A stretch of 64,000 nucleotides of DNA from Thermoplasmatota archaeon (GTDB lineage Archaea > Thermoplasmatota > Thermoplasmata > UBA10834), in assembly GCA_018818785.1 (NCBI GenBank), contig JAHIRF010000002.1:135874-199873 (forward strand). Direction: 5' to 3'. The position numbers and the translations under genes were made by a program. The notes beneath the pieces are model-generated. The model saw only the letters and a program-made list of their open reading frames with translations. It was not told the origin of the DNA and searched no databases. This document shows positions 1 through 8,578 of the stretch, one piece after another; the stretch's first letter is position 1, and every line of letters starts with the position of its first letter.

Positions 1-3000
1 AAATGACCTTATCAGATCAGATCTCGTCGACAGGGGTGCCATGTTCCATGAAGGGCAGATCACGCACAGATACGGGCACTGCTGGCGATGTAAGAGGCCG
101 ATCATATACAGGATAACCGAGCAATGGTTCCTGAAGGTCACCGACATAAAGGCGCAGCTCGAAGCTGCCAACGACCAGATCAAGTGGTATCCCGACTGGG
201 CCGGCTCATCCAGGGAGAAGGACTGGATAGCCAATGCAAGGGACTGGTGCATCAGCAGGCAGAGGTACTGGGGGACACCCGTTCCCATCTGGAGATGCGC
301 ATGCGGCAACGTCAAGGTGATCTCATCGATTGAGGAGCTCAAGTCTGGCCGAGGATACGTGGACGGTATGGATGTGCATCGCCCATGGATCGATAATATC
401 ACATTCGATTGCGAGAAGTGCGGGCAGACGATGACCAGGACACCAGATGTTCTGGATGTCTGGTTCGACGCGGGAGTCTGTTCTTGGGCGTCCTTGGGAT
501 ACCCAGCGAGCAAGGATGACTTCGATAAATGGTGGCCAAGCGAGTGGGTCACCGAGGCTCACGATCAGACCCGAGGCTGGTTCTACTCTCAGCTAGTGAC
601 GGGAGTTGTTGCATTCGGCAGATCACCATACAATTCCGTTCTCATGCACGGATGGGCACTTACGCCCCAGGGAGAGGCCATGTCTAAGAGCGAAGGCACG
701 GCAATAGACCCAATAGGTGCGGTGAACACACTTGGCGCCGACGCGCTGAGACTATATCTCCTGAAGGCCAACGCCCCTTGGGAGGACATTCTCTTCCAGA
801 CTGAGGGCGTCAAGGCGGCTAACAGGATCATAAACATCTTCTGGAACGTCTACAAATTCGCAGTCCTGTACATGTCGATAGATAAATTCGACGAATCACA
901 ATGGCGGACCCAATCTCTCAGAGAGACCTTCAGGCCAGAGGATCGATGGATGCTCTCCCGCATCGAGACGATGAAGAGGGACTTCACGCAGGCAATGGAG
1001 ATATATGAGGTGCATCGAGCGGCGAGGATACTCGAGGACTTCATAGTGACGGATCTCTCGCGATGGTACGTCAAGGTAGTGAGGGATAGACTCTGGAAGG
1101 AGGGGGATGACAGGGACAAGACCGCTGCGTTCAAAGTGCTGCACGAGGCGCTGTCAACATCTGCGACCATGCTCGCTCCAATAGCACCTCATGTTTGCGA
1201 AGCAATCTACACCAACCTCAACTCAAGGCCTGAGAGCGTGCACATGGTTCAATGGCCGACTCATGATCCAAGTTGGATCGATGAGGGTCTGGAAGAGGGC
1301 ATGGACCTCGTAAGGGAGATATCCGAGGTGATCGCCCGCATGCGCCAGGAGGCGAATGTGAACCTCCGATGGCCCTTGAAGCGCATCATCATCAAACCGC
1401 AGAATGATGATGTCGCTGATGCGCTGATACAGCTCAAGAATGTCATCCTGTCCCAGAACAACATCAAGGATATGCATGTCGTGCCGGTAGGTGAGGAATG
1501 GGACGAGATGGTCCTGAGCGTGGTTCCGAACCCCAACGCCATAGGGAAGGTCTATCGCCAGTGGTCGAGCAAGATCGCGGTTCTTCTCAAGAACAGGCCT
1601 GCGAAGTCGATCAAGGCCGGTATCGACAAGGGCGAGTACTCACTCGGTATCGAGGGCCAACTCGTCAAGATCCTTCCGAACATGGTGTCCTTCACTTCGA
1701 CGCTCCCACCAGATGTGGTCAGTGACGAGTTCTCCAAGGGTCTGTTCTATGTCGACCTCGAGGAGACCCCCGCGCTCGAAGCGGAGGGATTCGCGAGAGA
1801 GACCATCAGACGGATACAGCAGATGAGAAAGGACATGGGCCTCAACGTAGAGGAATTCATAAAGATAGAGATAGAGTGTTCGCGCAAGATCGAGAACGCC
1901 ATAGAGACCTGGAAGGACCATATCTCAAGGGAGACCAGGGCCAAACGGCTCGAGGTCGCCAATTCTCCAAGAGGGGAATACATCGTCGAGTGGAATGTCT
2001 CGAATGAACAACTCCTGATAGGCATAACCTCACTTAAGATGAAGAAGGCATTGGACGAGCTCGGAGCGATTCCTGGCATGACCGCCGAAAAGGCGCTCAA
2101 GATATTCGACCATGGCTACACTACGGTTGACGCCCTCAAGAACGCATCGATCGAAGACATAGCCTCGATCGATGGCATCACGAACGTCGATGGTAAGAAG
2201 ATCCATGACCATCTAAATGGGGTCGTCCACACAGAACCAGCTCCTGCAGCACCGCCAGCCCCGAGTGTCGCGCAGGCTACTACGGACGTAGCAGCTGCCC
2301 CTCCCCCGAACGAATTCATCGAGCGATTGAAAGCCGTTCCCGGCATGACAGCATCGCTGGCGGACGGATTGTACAGGGCAGGTTTCGTGTCCGAGGAATC
2401 CATCAGGAACGCTTCTGTGGACGATATGATGAAGGTGGACGGAATAAGTCTCGATGTCGCAACCCAGTTATTGGACGCATCCATGAACCCTTCCGTTTCT
2501 GACGGAGCGGCTCAAGTAGCACCCAAGAAGATAGAGCCAGGCGTGAGCGATCTCGAAAGGTCGTTTTCATACCTTGTCGAAGAGGACAGGCCCGAGACAT
2601 CGTACAGTCTGTTCGTAAGCGCGCTCAATAAGGGCATGAAGGGATATTGTGTCACGAGGAATTATCCCGCGAAGATACGCACCAAATTCGACCTCAAGGA
2701 TACGCCATTGGTTTGGCTCTCTAATGTAGGTCGCGAGAACGCCATCAGACCGAAGGACCTCGAGAAGCTGAGCGTCTCCCTGGAACAATTCCTCTCGCAA
2801 CCGGGCGGGGGAATCGTGCTCCTGGATGGTCTGGAGTATCTGATCACCAATAACAATTTCATAACCGTGTTGAGGCTGATACAATCCCTGAGGGATCAGG
2901 TCGCGATCAATCAATCCATACTCCTCATGGCTGTGAACAAGTCGACACTTGAGAGCCATCAGCTCAATCTGCTGGAGCGAGAGGTGGACTACACCATAAC

Positions 3001-3007
3001 TGGATGA
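1..3007 (+). CDS. ileS: Isoleucyl-tRNA synthetase, C-terminal ~2/3 (5' end lies outside the window). An in-frame C-terminal extension of about 330 aa follows: 2-4 helix-hairpin-helix motifs, a Pro/Ala-rich linker, then a DUF835-like domain (~2550..3007).
   Basis: Class I aaRS motifs are present (HCWRCKRPII, PDVLDVWFDAG, KMSKS as 'AMSKSEG'), followed by an anticodon-binding region. After about aa 665 come HhH-like repeats ('GAIPGMTAEKALKIFDHGYTTVDALKNASIEDIASIDGI', 'VPGMTASLADGLYRAGF...VDGISLDVATQLL'). The final ~150 aa aligns with two other proteins in this window (the 14495..15208 and 51324..53171 products). No stop codon interrupts the frame. Confidence 0.8.
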   Translation, partial: NDLIRSDLVDRGAMFHEGQITHRYGHCWRCKRPIIYRITEQWFLKVTDIKAQLEAANDQIKWYPDWAGSSREKDWIANARDWCISRQRYWGTPVPIWRCACGNVKVISSIEELKSGRGYVDGMDVHRPWIDNITFDCEKCGQTMTRTPDVLDVWFDAGVCSWASLGYPASKDDFDKWWPSEWVTEAHDQTRGWFYSQLVTGVVAFGRSPYNSVLMHGWALTPQGEAMSKSEGTAIDPIGAVNTLGADALRLYLLKANAPWEDILFQTEGVKAANRIINIFWNVYKFAVLYMSIDKFDESQWRTQSLRETFRPEDRWMLSRIETMKRDFTQAMEIYEVHRAARILEDFIVTDLSRWYVKVVRDRLWKEGDDRDKTAAFKVLHEALSTSATMLAPIAPHVCEAIYTNLNSRPESVHMVQWPTHDPSWIDEGLEEGMDLVREISEVIARMRQEANVNLRWPLKRIIIKPQNDDVADALIQLKNVILSQNNIKDMHVVPVGEEWDEMVLSVVPNPNAIGKVYRQWSSKIAVLLKNRPAKSIKAGIDKGEYSLGIEGQLVKILPNMVSFTSTLPPDVVSDEFSKGLFYVDLEETPALEAEGFARETIRRIQQMRKDMGLNVEEFIKIEIECSRKIENAIETWKDHISRETRAKRLEVANSPRGEYIVEWNVSNEQLLIGITSLKMKKALDELGAIPGMTAEKALKIFDHGYTTVDALKNASIEDIASIDGITNVDGKKIHDHLNGVVHTEPAPAAPPAPSVAQATTDVAAAPPPNEFIERLKAVPGMTASLADGLYRAGFVSEESIRNASVDDMMKVDGISLDVATQLLDASMNPSVSDGAAQVAPKKIEPGVSDLERSFSYLVEEDRPETSYSLFVSALNKGMKGYCVTRNYPAKIRTKFDLKDTPLVWLSNVGRENAIRPKDLEKLSVSLEQFLSQPGGGIVLLDGLEYLITNNNFITVLRLIQSLRDQVAINQSILLMAVNKSTLESHQLNLLEREVDYTITG

Positions 3008-3013
3008 GCCTGC

Positions 3014-3805
3014 TCAGGACAGCAGTTTGCAGACGATCTTCTGCAATCCGGGGACTGTGGGGAATCTTCCGACATCCTCGGGAGATACCCATTCATATCC
3101 TTGGTGTTCCCAATCTATCGATACCTGTGGATCGCGCACATCGAACAGGAATGAGTGTACGGTCCACACGACGTCGCCGTCTCTGAAGCTCTGAGGGTCG
3201 ATCGAGCGTGCCATGCGGGCGTTCTTCAAACTGACTTCCTCTTCGAGTTCACGTTTTGCGGCAACCTTCGGAGCCTCTCCCGGCTCTATGAACCCAGAAA
3301 CTCCGGCCCATAGTCCGCGATAGGAACCGACCTCGAGGCTCCTCTGCAACAGGAGTATCTTCCCTTTGTGCCTGAGAATGTTGGTGACGACCTGTTTCTC
3401 CTCCACATTCCTCAATTCGAGAGTCCCTGACTCTGCATCGACTATGGCCTTGTCCGATGTCCTCAAGAGGGATACGTCGATGCCATCTATCATCGGTATG
3501 CCCGCGATTATCGCACCCGTCGCCACAATAGGCTCCGCGATTGTATTGACTATAGCAGCTGGAGACGCATTCAGGATCTTGAGCTGATACATAGAATAGG
3601 AGCCGACCGTGCTGCCTTTACCATATGGGAATGCCAGGACGGTCTTCGAGACGCTCTTGCCCCTGCACTCGCATTCTGGATCGAGGATCCGGCCAGTCTT
3701 GGGGTCCACTCCTCCCAGGAATGAGAGTGGGATGCTGCTGGCCAGTACGGCGCCCTTTGCCATGCCGGCTCTGATGCACCTTCCCTTTATTATCGTGATA
3801 TCGCC
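3014..3805 (-). CDS. Phosphomevalonate dehydratase small subunit (aconitase X swivel domain, DUF126) fused to a C-terminal Nudix hydrolase domain. The start is probably non-ATG near 3800, because the long ORF to 3943 overlaps the upstream gene by 154 nt.
   Basis: 'IKGRCIRAGMAKGAVLASSIPLSFLGGVDPKTGRIL...GKSVSKTVLAFPYGKGSTVGSYSMY...PAAIVN' matches the AcnX small-subunit pattern. The C-terminal 'GLWAGVSGFIEPGEAPKVAAKRELEEEVSL' is a Nudix box (G-x5-E-x7-REuxEExGu). Confidence 0.7.
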   Translation of the reverse strand, partial: GDITIIKGRCIRAGMAKGAVLASSIPLSFLGGVDPKTGRILDPECECRGKSVSKTVLAFPYGKGSTVGSYSMYQLKILNASPAAIVNTIAEPIVATGAIIAGIPMIDGIDVSLLRTSDKAIVDAESGTLELRNVEEKQVVTNILRHKGKILLLQRSLEVGSYRGLWAGVSGFIEPGEAPKVAAKRELEEEVSLKNARMARSIDPQSFRDGDVVWTVHSFLFDVRDPQVSIDWEHQGYEWVSPEDVGRFPTVPGLQKIVCKLLS

Positions 3806-4959
3806 TCCAGGAGTTGGTCCGTGGTTCTGAATGTCGCCCTCTGTTTCCCAAGGGTCGGCAGATATACCATGGCCTTGCCTGAGTCTGAGGCCGTCCTCTT
3901 GAACATCTTCTCGATCGGCGCGACCACCATGCATGTATCGCATAGCACTTTGCCGAACCGCTTCAAGGTCTTGACTGCGTCAGGTGCGTTGGCATATGCT
4001 TTGCGCGAAGTGCAGAACCAGACGTTGCAGTCCTTTCGAGGGCGCTTTCCGTCCAGAGTACGAGCCATCCTGCGCAACTCCTGAGTGGAACAGTGGGGGC
4101 ATCCTATCGCCACCAGGTCCCATGAATCATCGCCAGAGAGAGAATCCTGGCATTCCTTCAATTCGGATTCAGGAAGCGAAACACATTCCTCTATCCTGCT
4201 TGTATCAATCTTCGATCTGACACCTGGTCTTCCGTAGAGATACATCGATACTGCACTCGTAGCGGCCATTGCGGCACCGAAGGATTTGTGTTCATCATTC
4301 GTCAAAGTAAGGTTAGTGATGTAGGGTATCCTGTTGCCAGCTATCCTGCCGACGACATAACCCAGCAACGGCACAGAGCCTTGAGGTATCGATTCCACAT
4401 CTATCTGCACGCTGGGAAGTCTGTTCTCGATGAGATGCAGCCCGTACTCGGCTGTCTTGCCGATGACGGCAGCTGCCAATGCAGAAGGCCCACCCTCTCT
4501 GTTGGTCAACGCCCCTAATACGGAGTTCGCGAATACCGTAGCGGACGACTCTGCCCACGCGATATGTTGTCCGGCCCGGGGTCGATTGCCTGCCAAATAG
4601 GGCGTGCAACTGTATAATGGTTCAAGGCCCATCGAAGCATATGCTCTGACGATCCTCATCTGCTTCTCCTTGAATCTCTCGTCGATACCCATCGATCGCC
4701 ATCTCAACACATCCATGCCCAAAGGGTTGACGGAAGCCCTCACTGAAACATGTGCCTCTGACGAGAAATCCTCGATGAACTTTATTCCCGCATCCCCGAC
4801 CGTCTTGAATGACGCTCCCGAGACCTGGGCCGATGATATCGGGACGAGTCTCTTCGCGCCATAGATATCACCTAGAGCGACCAGAAGCTCTATCGCCTTC
4901 TGTCTCCCGAACCCTTCCTCGCCTTTCAGAATCCGCTCTTCCTTCGAAGTGAGATGCAT
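3790..4959 (-). CDS. Phosphomevalonate dehydratase large subunit (aconitase X catalytic domain, DUF521)
   Basis: 389 aa. 'SSAQVSGASFKTVGDAGIKFIED...SVNPLGMD...YSCTPYL...AWAESSATVFANSVLGALTNREGGPSALAAAVIGKT' is typical of the AcnX/DUF521 family. It lies immediately upstream of, and on the same strand as, the DUF126 small subunit. Confidence 0.72.
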   Translation of the reverse strand: MHLTSKEERILKGEEGFGRQKAIELLVALGDIYGAKRLVPISSAQVSGASFKTVGDAGIKFIEDFSSEAHVSVRASVNPLGMDVLRWRSMGIDERFKEKQMRIVRAYASMGLEPLYSCTPYLAGNRPRAGQHIAWAESSATVFANSVLGALTNREGGPSALAAAVIGKTAEYGLHLIENRLPSVQIDVESIPQGSVPLLGYVVGRIAGNRIPYITNLTLTNDEHKSFGAAMAATSAVSMYLYGRPGVRSKIDTSRIEECVSLPESELKECQDSLSGDDSWDLVAIGCPHCSTQELRRMARTLDGKRPRKDCNVWFCTSRKAYANAPDAVKTLKRFGKVLCDTCMVVAPIEKMFKRTASDSGKAMVYLPTLGKQRATFRTTDQLLEAISR

Positions 4960-5189
4960 CGTCTAGAAAAAGGGCGCCCAGTATAATATTGTGATGGGAG
5001 TGGAGGCGGGCCTGTCGGGAATTTCGGACGCATATTATTGACGTCTTTCGAACCCGAGTTCGAGGCTCCGGAAGCCCCTGTGATATCCAAGCTACACTAC
5101 AGGCCCAGTCTGTCGAAAAGCAGAGTGCGTATATCTACCTTGGCAATGCCGGCGCTCCATGGTCGTCTCGTCAAATATGATGATCATGG

Positions 5190-6062
5190 CTACATGGAAA
5201 TGCCGATCAATGTCAAGCCGAAGACGACAGTCATGACTGCTACGGCCTGGACCCAGTTAATCTTCTCCTTGAGAATGGAAAGGGCCAATATCACAGTCAC
5301 TATGGGATATGCACTTGATATCGGCACCACCAACGATGCGTTGCCTCCCTCGAGCGCGTACGTGTACGCGAATGCGCCGACAACATTCAATGACAGGGCC
5401 ACAGCACCGAATGTCCAAGCCATTCGTGTCGGGTCTTCAGACCTCATAGGTGCAGGCCGGATCCTCCGAGCCCATGCGTAGATCAAGGGCGCGGTCAGAG
5501 ATGAAAGGACGTAGAACCCGAATAGGTTCCCTGGGCCAACGCGATCGACAGCTACCTTTGAGGACAGACTCCATACACCCCATGCAAAGAATGCAATTAT
5601 CGCGAATATCATCGATCGTTTGCTCAATGCGTTGACTGCTTTCTTGTCAGGCTCATACGATAGGGCAATCACCCCTGCCACTATGGCTGCTACCCCCATC
5701 ACCTGTGTGAAACTGAGATCTTCGGATAGGAGAAGCACCGCTCCCAAGACCGTGAGCGCAGGATATGCGGCGGATATCGTCCCGGCTATCGCCACCTGCC
5801 CATCCAATATAGACTCGAAATAGCATAGGAAACCGGATATTCCTATTATGCAGGAGCCTGCCGCGAGGAGGGCATCGTCGAGGGATATGGGAATGTCCTC
5901 ACGCCAGAGCAGGAACGCAATGGTATACATCACACCTTCGACCAGTGTGATCAGGAGTGCGACCCTGGCTACGCCTAGACGACCTGTGCTGTACTTGGCG
6001 AATATACCGCTAAGACCCCAGAATAGGGCAACAACCGCCGCTAGCAGGAACCAGCTCTCCAT
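5190..6062 (-). CDS. DMT/EamA-family permease (10-TM)
   Basis: 290 aa, two repeated hydrophobic halves, 'FWGLSGIFAKY' and 'FAWGVWSLSSK' EamA-like repeats. Confidence 0.65.
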   Translation of the reverse strand: MESWFLLAAVVALFWGLSGIFAKYSTGRLGVARVALLITLVEGVMYTIAFLLWREDIPISLDDALLAAGSCIIGISGFLCYFESILDGQVAIAGTISAAYPALTVLGAVLLLSEDLSFTQVMGVAAIVAGVIALSYEPDKKAVNALSKRSMIFAIIAFFAWGVWSLSSKVAVDRVGPGNLFGFYVLSSLTAPLIYAWARRIRPAPMRSEDPTRMAWTFGAVALSLNVVGAFAYTYALEGGNASLVVPISSAYPIVTVILALSILKEKINWVQAVAVMTVVFGLTLIGISM

Positions 6063-6198
6063 CGAAACCCAACCTATGAATCAATGCGTAGCTGGCGGTG
6101 AATCAACCATCTGCTAATCAAGCTTTCTGAGCATTGACGCAAAAGAGACGGACGGGTGAGCAAACCTAATAGCCATATGGCCATCATGCGGGTAGATA

Positions 6199-6588
6199 AT
6201 GACTCGTAGACGACCTTTCGGGGTGACGATCCTCGCAATAGCACAATTGGTCTCAGCGATCCAGTTCCTGTTCGTGGCCTTTGTCATATTGGCGATCTCA
6301 GATTCATCGACTGAGCACACGGGGATCCTTTTCGCGACTGGCCTCGTCTACTTGGCAATGAGCGTATTGTACTTCTTCATCACTGCAGGGTATCTCAAAG
6401 GACGCGAATCATCGAGACGATGGGGGAGGAGGGCTGCGATCTTCGCAATGATAATCGCAGTCGCTGTAATATCTCTGAATGGAGTGATCACAGATCCTCG
6501 AACTCCAGTGCTGACTCTAATCCTCAATCTCTTCATATTCATCTATCTGGGCCGAAAGAAGGTCCGATCTTACTTCAGGTATCGCTAG
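6199..6588 (+). CDS. Small integral membrane protein (4 predicted TM), function unknown
   Basis: 129 aa, four hydrophobic helices, no recognizable motif. Confidence 0.4.
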   Translation: MTRRRPFGVTILAIAQLVSAIQFLFVAFVILAISDSSTEHTGILFATGLVYLAMSVLYFFITAGYLKGRESSRRWGRRAAIFAMIIAVAVISLNGVITDPRTPVLTLILNLFIFIYLGRKKVRSYFRYR

Positions 6589-6668
6589 AACCGATTAGAA
6601 TCTATGCAGAAATATGAAAGGGATTTATGTTGGGTTTGATCAAAGGCGAATCGTTCCATCGATGGAAC

Positions 6669-6866
6669 TTACTTCGCCTTCTTGAACTCGGTGTATCCGC
6701 ACTTGCCGCAGGCGACTCGGTTCGGGTGCTCGGCCATGAAGACGCCTGGTCCGCACTTGGGACAGTGATTCCGCGTCCTCTTGATCTTGCCATCCTCGAC
6801 CTTGAAGAAATCCTTCTTCGCCGTCCTGATCTGCTTCGGCTTCGGTTTCTTGTCCTTTTCCGCCAT
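6669..6866 (-). CDS. rps27ae: Ribosomal protein S27a (eS31)
   Basis: 65 aa, 'KRTRNHCPKCGPGVFMAEHPNRVACGKCGYTEF' zinc-ribbon typical of S27a. Confidence 0.85.
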   Translation of the reverse strand: MAEKDKKPKPKQIRTAKKDFFKVEDGKIKRTRNHCPKCGPGVFMAEHPNRVACGKCGYTEFKKAK

Positions 6867-6879
6867 AGTCGCTACCTCC

Positions 6880-7227
6880 TCACTTCGCCTTCGGTGGTGC
6901 GCGTGCAGCCTTCTGCTTCTTCACGACTGCAACCTTTTCCTTGAGCTTGTTCCTTACGAGTATGTGCTCACGCTCGTACTTCATGACTGCGTCCTTGGTC
7001 TTGTACACCTTGGCATAGCCGACCGTCTCCATCCTGCCGAACTCGGAGGTCATGGAATCAATGACGATTCTCTCCTTCGGGGCCTTCAGAAGCGATGACA
7101 GTTTGTCCTTTACAGCATCTCTCTGGGGAGTTCCCTCCTTTGAGTGGGATGCCTTGAATGTGACCTCGATCCTCTCGAGCAGCTCGTTTTCCTTCTTGTC
7201 GACAATCTCGATCTCCATGGTCTTCAC
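6880..7227 (-). CDS. rps24e: Ribosomal protein S24e (eS24)
   Basis: 115 aa, 'MEIEIVDKKENELLERIEVTFKASHSKEGTPQRDAVKDKL' matches the S24e N-terminus. Adjacent to S27a as in the conserved archaeal cluster. Confidence 0.85.
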   Translation of the reverse strand: MKTMEIEIVDKKENELLERIEVTFKASHSKEGTPQRDAVKDKLSSLLKAPKERIVIDSMTSEFGRMETVGYAKVYKTKDAVMKYEREHILVRNKLKEKVAVVKKQKAARAPPKAK

Positions 7228-7772
7228 CGTATCATGCGATTTATGGCCGCTGTCGCGAACGCCCGCGATTCGCCATTCACGTCTACTACTGCTAACCCCT
7301 TATTGGGTATTCCATATATGATTTGCGCTCCCTCAGGGGCGTATGCTATGGCCACAAGGGCTGCCAGATCCTCTTCGCCCTCCACCTTCACCTTGGTGCG
7401 TGCATCCGATCTCGCGGCGTCCCTCACAGCCCTCCACATTCCGGGAGTTATCTTCCCGGCAGGATTCACGACTGTCACCAATGTCCCGGACATTGTCTCT
7501 ATGCGATTCCTCGAACCGCAATCTATGGACCGTTGCGTTTTGTAATCGAACACCGCCAGATCGGGTTCGATGCCCAAGTCCAGAAGTGTCGTCGTTACGA
7601 CATCACCAACGGTTATGACGCGCCTTGCGCCCTTGATTCGCTCATTCAAGTCGGTGACTCCGACCAACTCACCGAAGGGTCTCGCGAGCTCTTCTCGCAT
7701 ATCATCTGGAAGGACAAGGTCATCTGCTGGGAACGATTCATCGAACCCGCAGGGCGAACTTGCCGTTGACAC
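7224..7772 (-). CDS. DUF359 protein (putative GTP-dependent dephospho-CoA kinase). The start may instead be the internal Met at ~7700.
   Basis: Has the 'LPDDMREELARPFGEL...ITVGDVVT...DYKTQR' pattern. Its position immediately downstream of rpS24e/rpS27a is the conserved archaeal context for DUF359. The overlapping start and stop codons indicate an operon. Confidence 0.55.
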   Translation of the reverse strand: MSTASSPCGFDESFPADDLVLPDDMREELARPFGELVGVTDLNERIKGARRVITVGDVVTTTLLDLGIEPDLAVFDYKTQRSIDCGSRNRIETMSGTLVTVVNPAGKITPGMWRAVRDAARSDARTKVKVEGEEDLAALVAIAYAPEGAQIIYGIPNKGLAVVDVNGESRAFATAAINRMIR

Positions 7773-7923
7773 TTAAGCCCATCCTCCTGGCGATCTCGGA
7801 CTTGCTGTGGTCAATGATTACCACGTAACCCTGCCACTCCTTGGAGGTATCGGCACCGCAGAGAGGGCATTTATCGGCTTCGGTGATCGCGCTGCACTTC
7901 TTGCAGGCCCTCTCAATCTTCAT
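7738..7923 (-). CDS. spt4: Transcription elongation factor Spt4 / RNA polymerase subunit E''
   Basis: 'ACKKCSAITEADKCPLCGADTSKEWQGYVVIIDHSKSEIARRMG' zinc-ribbon plus NGN-binding region, located downstream of rpoE'. The start is probably the internal Met at 7923, giving a 4-nt overlap with rpoE'. Confidence 0.75.
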   Translation of the reverse strand: MKIERACKKCSAITEADKCPLCGADTSKEWQGYVVIIDHSKSEIARRMGLSVNGKFALRVR

Positions 7924-8483
7924 TTCTTGTCCTCCTTCTTCATCCGTTCTTCCTGGATCCATTCGATCTTCCCAAGGCCAGGTTGACGCATCGTCAGTCC
8001 AATCTTGCTCTCCCTCGGGTTCCTCTCGTTGATGCTCAATGACACTATCCTTGCTCTTACGCTGTCGCCAATGCGCAGCTCACGCTTGGTATCCTTGCCG
8101 AGCAAGCGTCTGCCGTCCACATCGACATCGATCCGATCGTCCATGATCTGACTGATGTGGAGAAGTCCATCAAGCGGGCCGAATCTGACGAACGCGCCGA
8201 ACTTCATCACCTCACATACAGTACCTTCAACTATCTCATGCAAGGTGGGTCGGAACATCAGAGTCTCAAACTGGACCTTCTGATATATCGCTCCGTCTCC
8301 ATGGATTATCCTACCATCACCCTGAGGTTCGATGTTCCTGACGAGCACGGTGTAGCTGCCATCACCCTCGACCTTGTTCTGGAAGGATTCTTGGGTCAGG
8401 CGCTCGGCAAGCTTATGGAAATCCTCTCCCAGCAAGTTCGGAGGGACCCTGACGACGTCCTCTTTTGATGCTATTACGTACAT
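7920..8483 (-). CDS. rpoE: DNA-directed RNA polymerase subunit E' (Rpb7 homolog, S1 domain)
   Basis: 187 aa, 'LRIGDSVRARIVSLS' S1 domain, N-terminal Rpb7-like fold, with the RpoE'-Spt4 gene pair conserved. Confidence 0.8.
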   Translation of the reverse strand: MYVIASKEDVVRVPPNLLGEDFHKLAERLTQESFQNKVEGDGSYTVLVRNIEPQGDGRIIHGDGAIYQKVQFETLMFRPTLHEIVEGTVCEVMKFGAFVRFGPLDGLLHISQIMDDRIDVDVDGRRLLGKDTKRELRIGDSVRARIVSLSINERNPRESKIGLTMRQPGLGKIEWIQEERMKKEDKK

Positions 8484-8530
8484 TTAGACAGTCCTCTAAT
8501 GCAACGGATCGCAGGTTTCTCGATTACGCT

Positions 8531-8541
8531 TTATATATATA
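8531..8541 (-). promoter_or_regulatory. AT-rich TATA-like element upstream of rpoE'
   Basis: 'ctttatatatatatgg' lies ~45-55 nt upstream of the rpoE' start on the minus strand. Confidence 0.35.
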
Positions 8542-8548
8542 TGGTTTG

Positions 8549-8570
8549 CCGAGGGGATTGACCCCCTCGG
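8549..8570 (-). terminator. Perfect hairpin (8-bp stem) downstream of the H+-PPase gene
   Basis: 'ccgaggggattgaccccctcgg': CCGAGGGG / CCCCTCGG with a 6-nt loop, 9 nt past the hppA stop codon. Confidence 0.4.
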
Positions 8571-8578
8571 GTCTGAGT

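Noticed and set aside
5038-5481. 147-aa plus-strand ORF
   Set aside because: Antisense to the DMT permease gene; no motifs.
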